DNA of 64,000 nt, taken from positions 60,636,001 to 60,700,000 of the forward strand of contig CM060734.1 of the NCBI GenBank assembly GCA_030704615.1, in the 5' to 3' direction. Position 1 is the stretch's first letter. The number at the start of each line of letters is the position of its first letter. The position numbers and the translations under genes were made by a program. The notes under the pieces are model-generated. The model worked only from the letters and a program-made list of their open reading frames with translations, was not told where the DNA came from and ran no database searches. The stretch is from Takakia lepidozioides (lineage: Eukaryota; Plantae; Bryophyta). Shown in pieces: positions 63,301-64,000 of this stretch.

Positions 63301-64000
63301 TGCTTAGGAATAAACCAGTTGAACAGTTGAACCAGTTGAACAGTCTTGATTTGGATCTTGATTTGTAACAATCTCTCTAAAATATGTTTGTTTGTTTGTT
63401 TTTTTTTCTCTCTCTCTCTCTCTTCTCACCCTGCATGCAGCCCAGAGTGCCTCCGGTGCCCTGCGCATCCCCAAGCATGTCATTTCTGCGGTAAGCGCAG
63501 GGCTCTACAACTAAAATCAATGACTCTGCAGTTGGAATGTTGAATTTGCATGCTGACAAGAGAGCCTTAGGGAAATAAGTTTATACCTGCAGCTGAACTG
63601 CGGGGATAAGCTAAACCCTGATGGGTGTGAAGTGTGAACCCCACACAAGGCTCCTGACCCTCAGCTTTCTTTGAGTGTACAAAGCAGTATTCCACTATAG
63701 CCATATGAACTATCTGCGAAGGGGTTAACCTTGTTAAGGGCTCTTTAGACCCAAGCCCTTTTGCCCAGACCTACCAGCAGATTCGTTTAATCGAAGGCCA
63801 GGCTTCAGACTTTCCTGTCAGCTTTTTACACTGAGGATTCTGTCAAGCTTATTGCTAGGAACCTAGCCCCGACACTGTCATGGTGAAGGGCTTGTCCCCC
63901 AACTAAGCTGTAAAAAAGAAGGTGCTGCCATCACACGAGTCTACTCGAGCAGAATAGACCTTTGAAGATGAAATTGATTTGAGATTTGTCACTGTACTCA

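Noticed and set aside
62700-64000. 5' region of a plus-strand gene at the window end
   Set aside because: A donor-like site exists, but no coding exon can be identified within the window.

Overview
Eukaryotic nuclear DNA with GT-AG introns and a 500-nt assembly gap at 35678-36177. It comes from a land plant that probably has flagellated sperm and organellar C-to-U editing (EFHC/DM10 axonemal gene, DYW-PPR), so most likely a bryophyte or other seed-free plant (inference). Recognisable genes: a uL18-family protein (3' part), DSS1/SEM1, an EFHC1/Rib72-like gene that appears internally incomplete, a 13-exon LRR receptor pseudokinase, tRNA-Gly(CCC) head-to-head with SUFE1, a MIC19-like CHCH protein and a PP2C. 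The interval ~22-49 kb is an accessory, TE-rich zone. It holds a decayed Crinkler-type PD-(D/E)xK gene, a broken DYW-PPR gene fused tail-to-tail to another PPR fragment, LTR-, CACTA- and foldback-like remnants, and two convergent copies of an unrecognised secreted Gly/Pro/Phe repeat-protein gene. The top finding is a decayed Ty3/Gypsy element that carries a C5 DNA-methyltransferase C-terminal fragment and a PHD finger on its integrase, i.e. a retrotransposon with a putative epigenetic writer and reader. All calls come from reading the sequence by eye; no searches were run.
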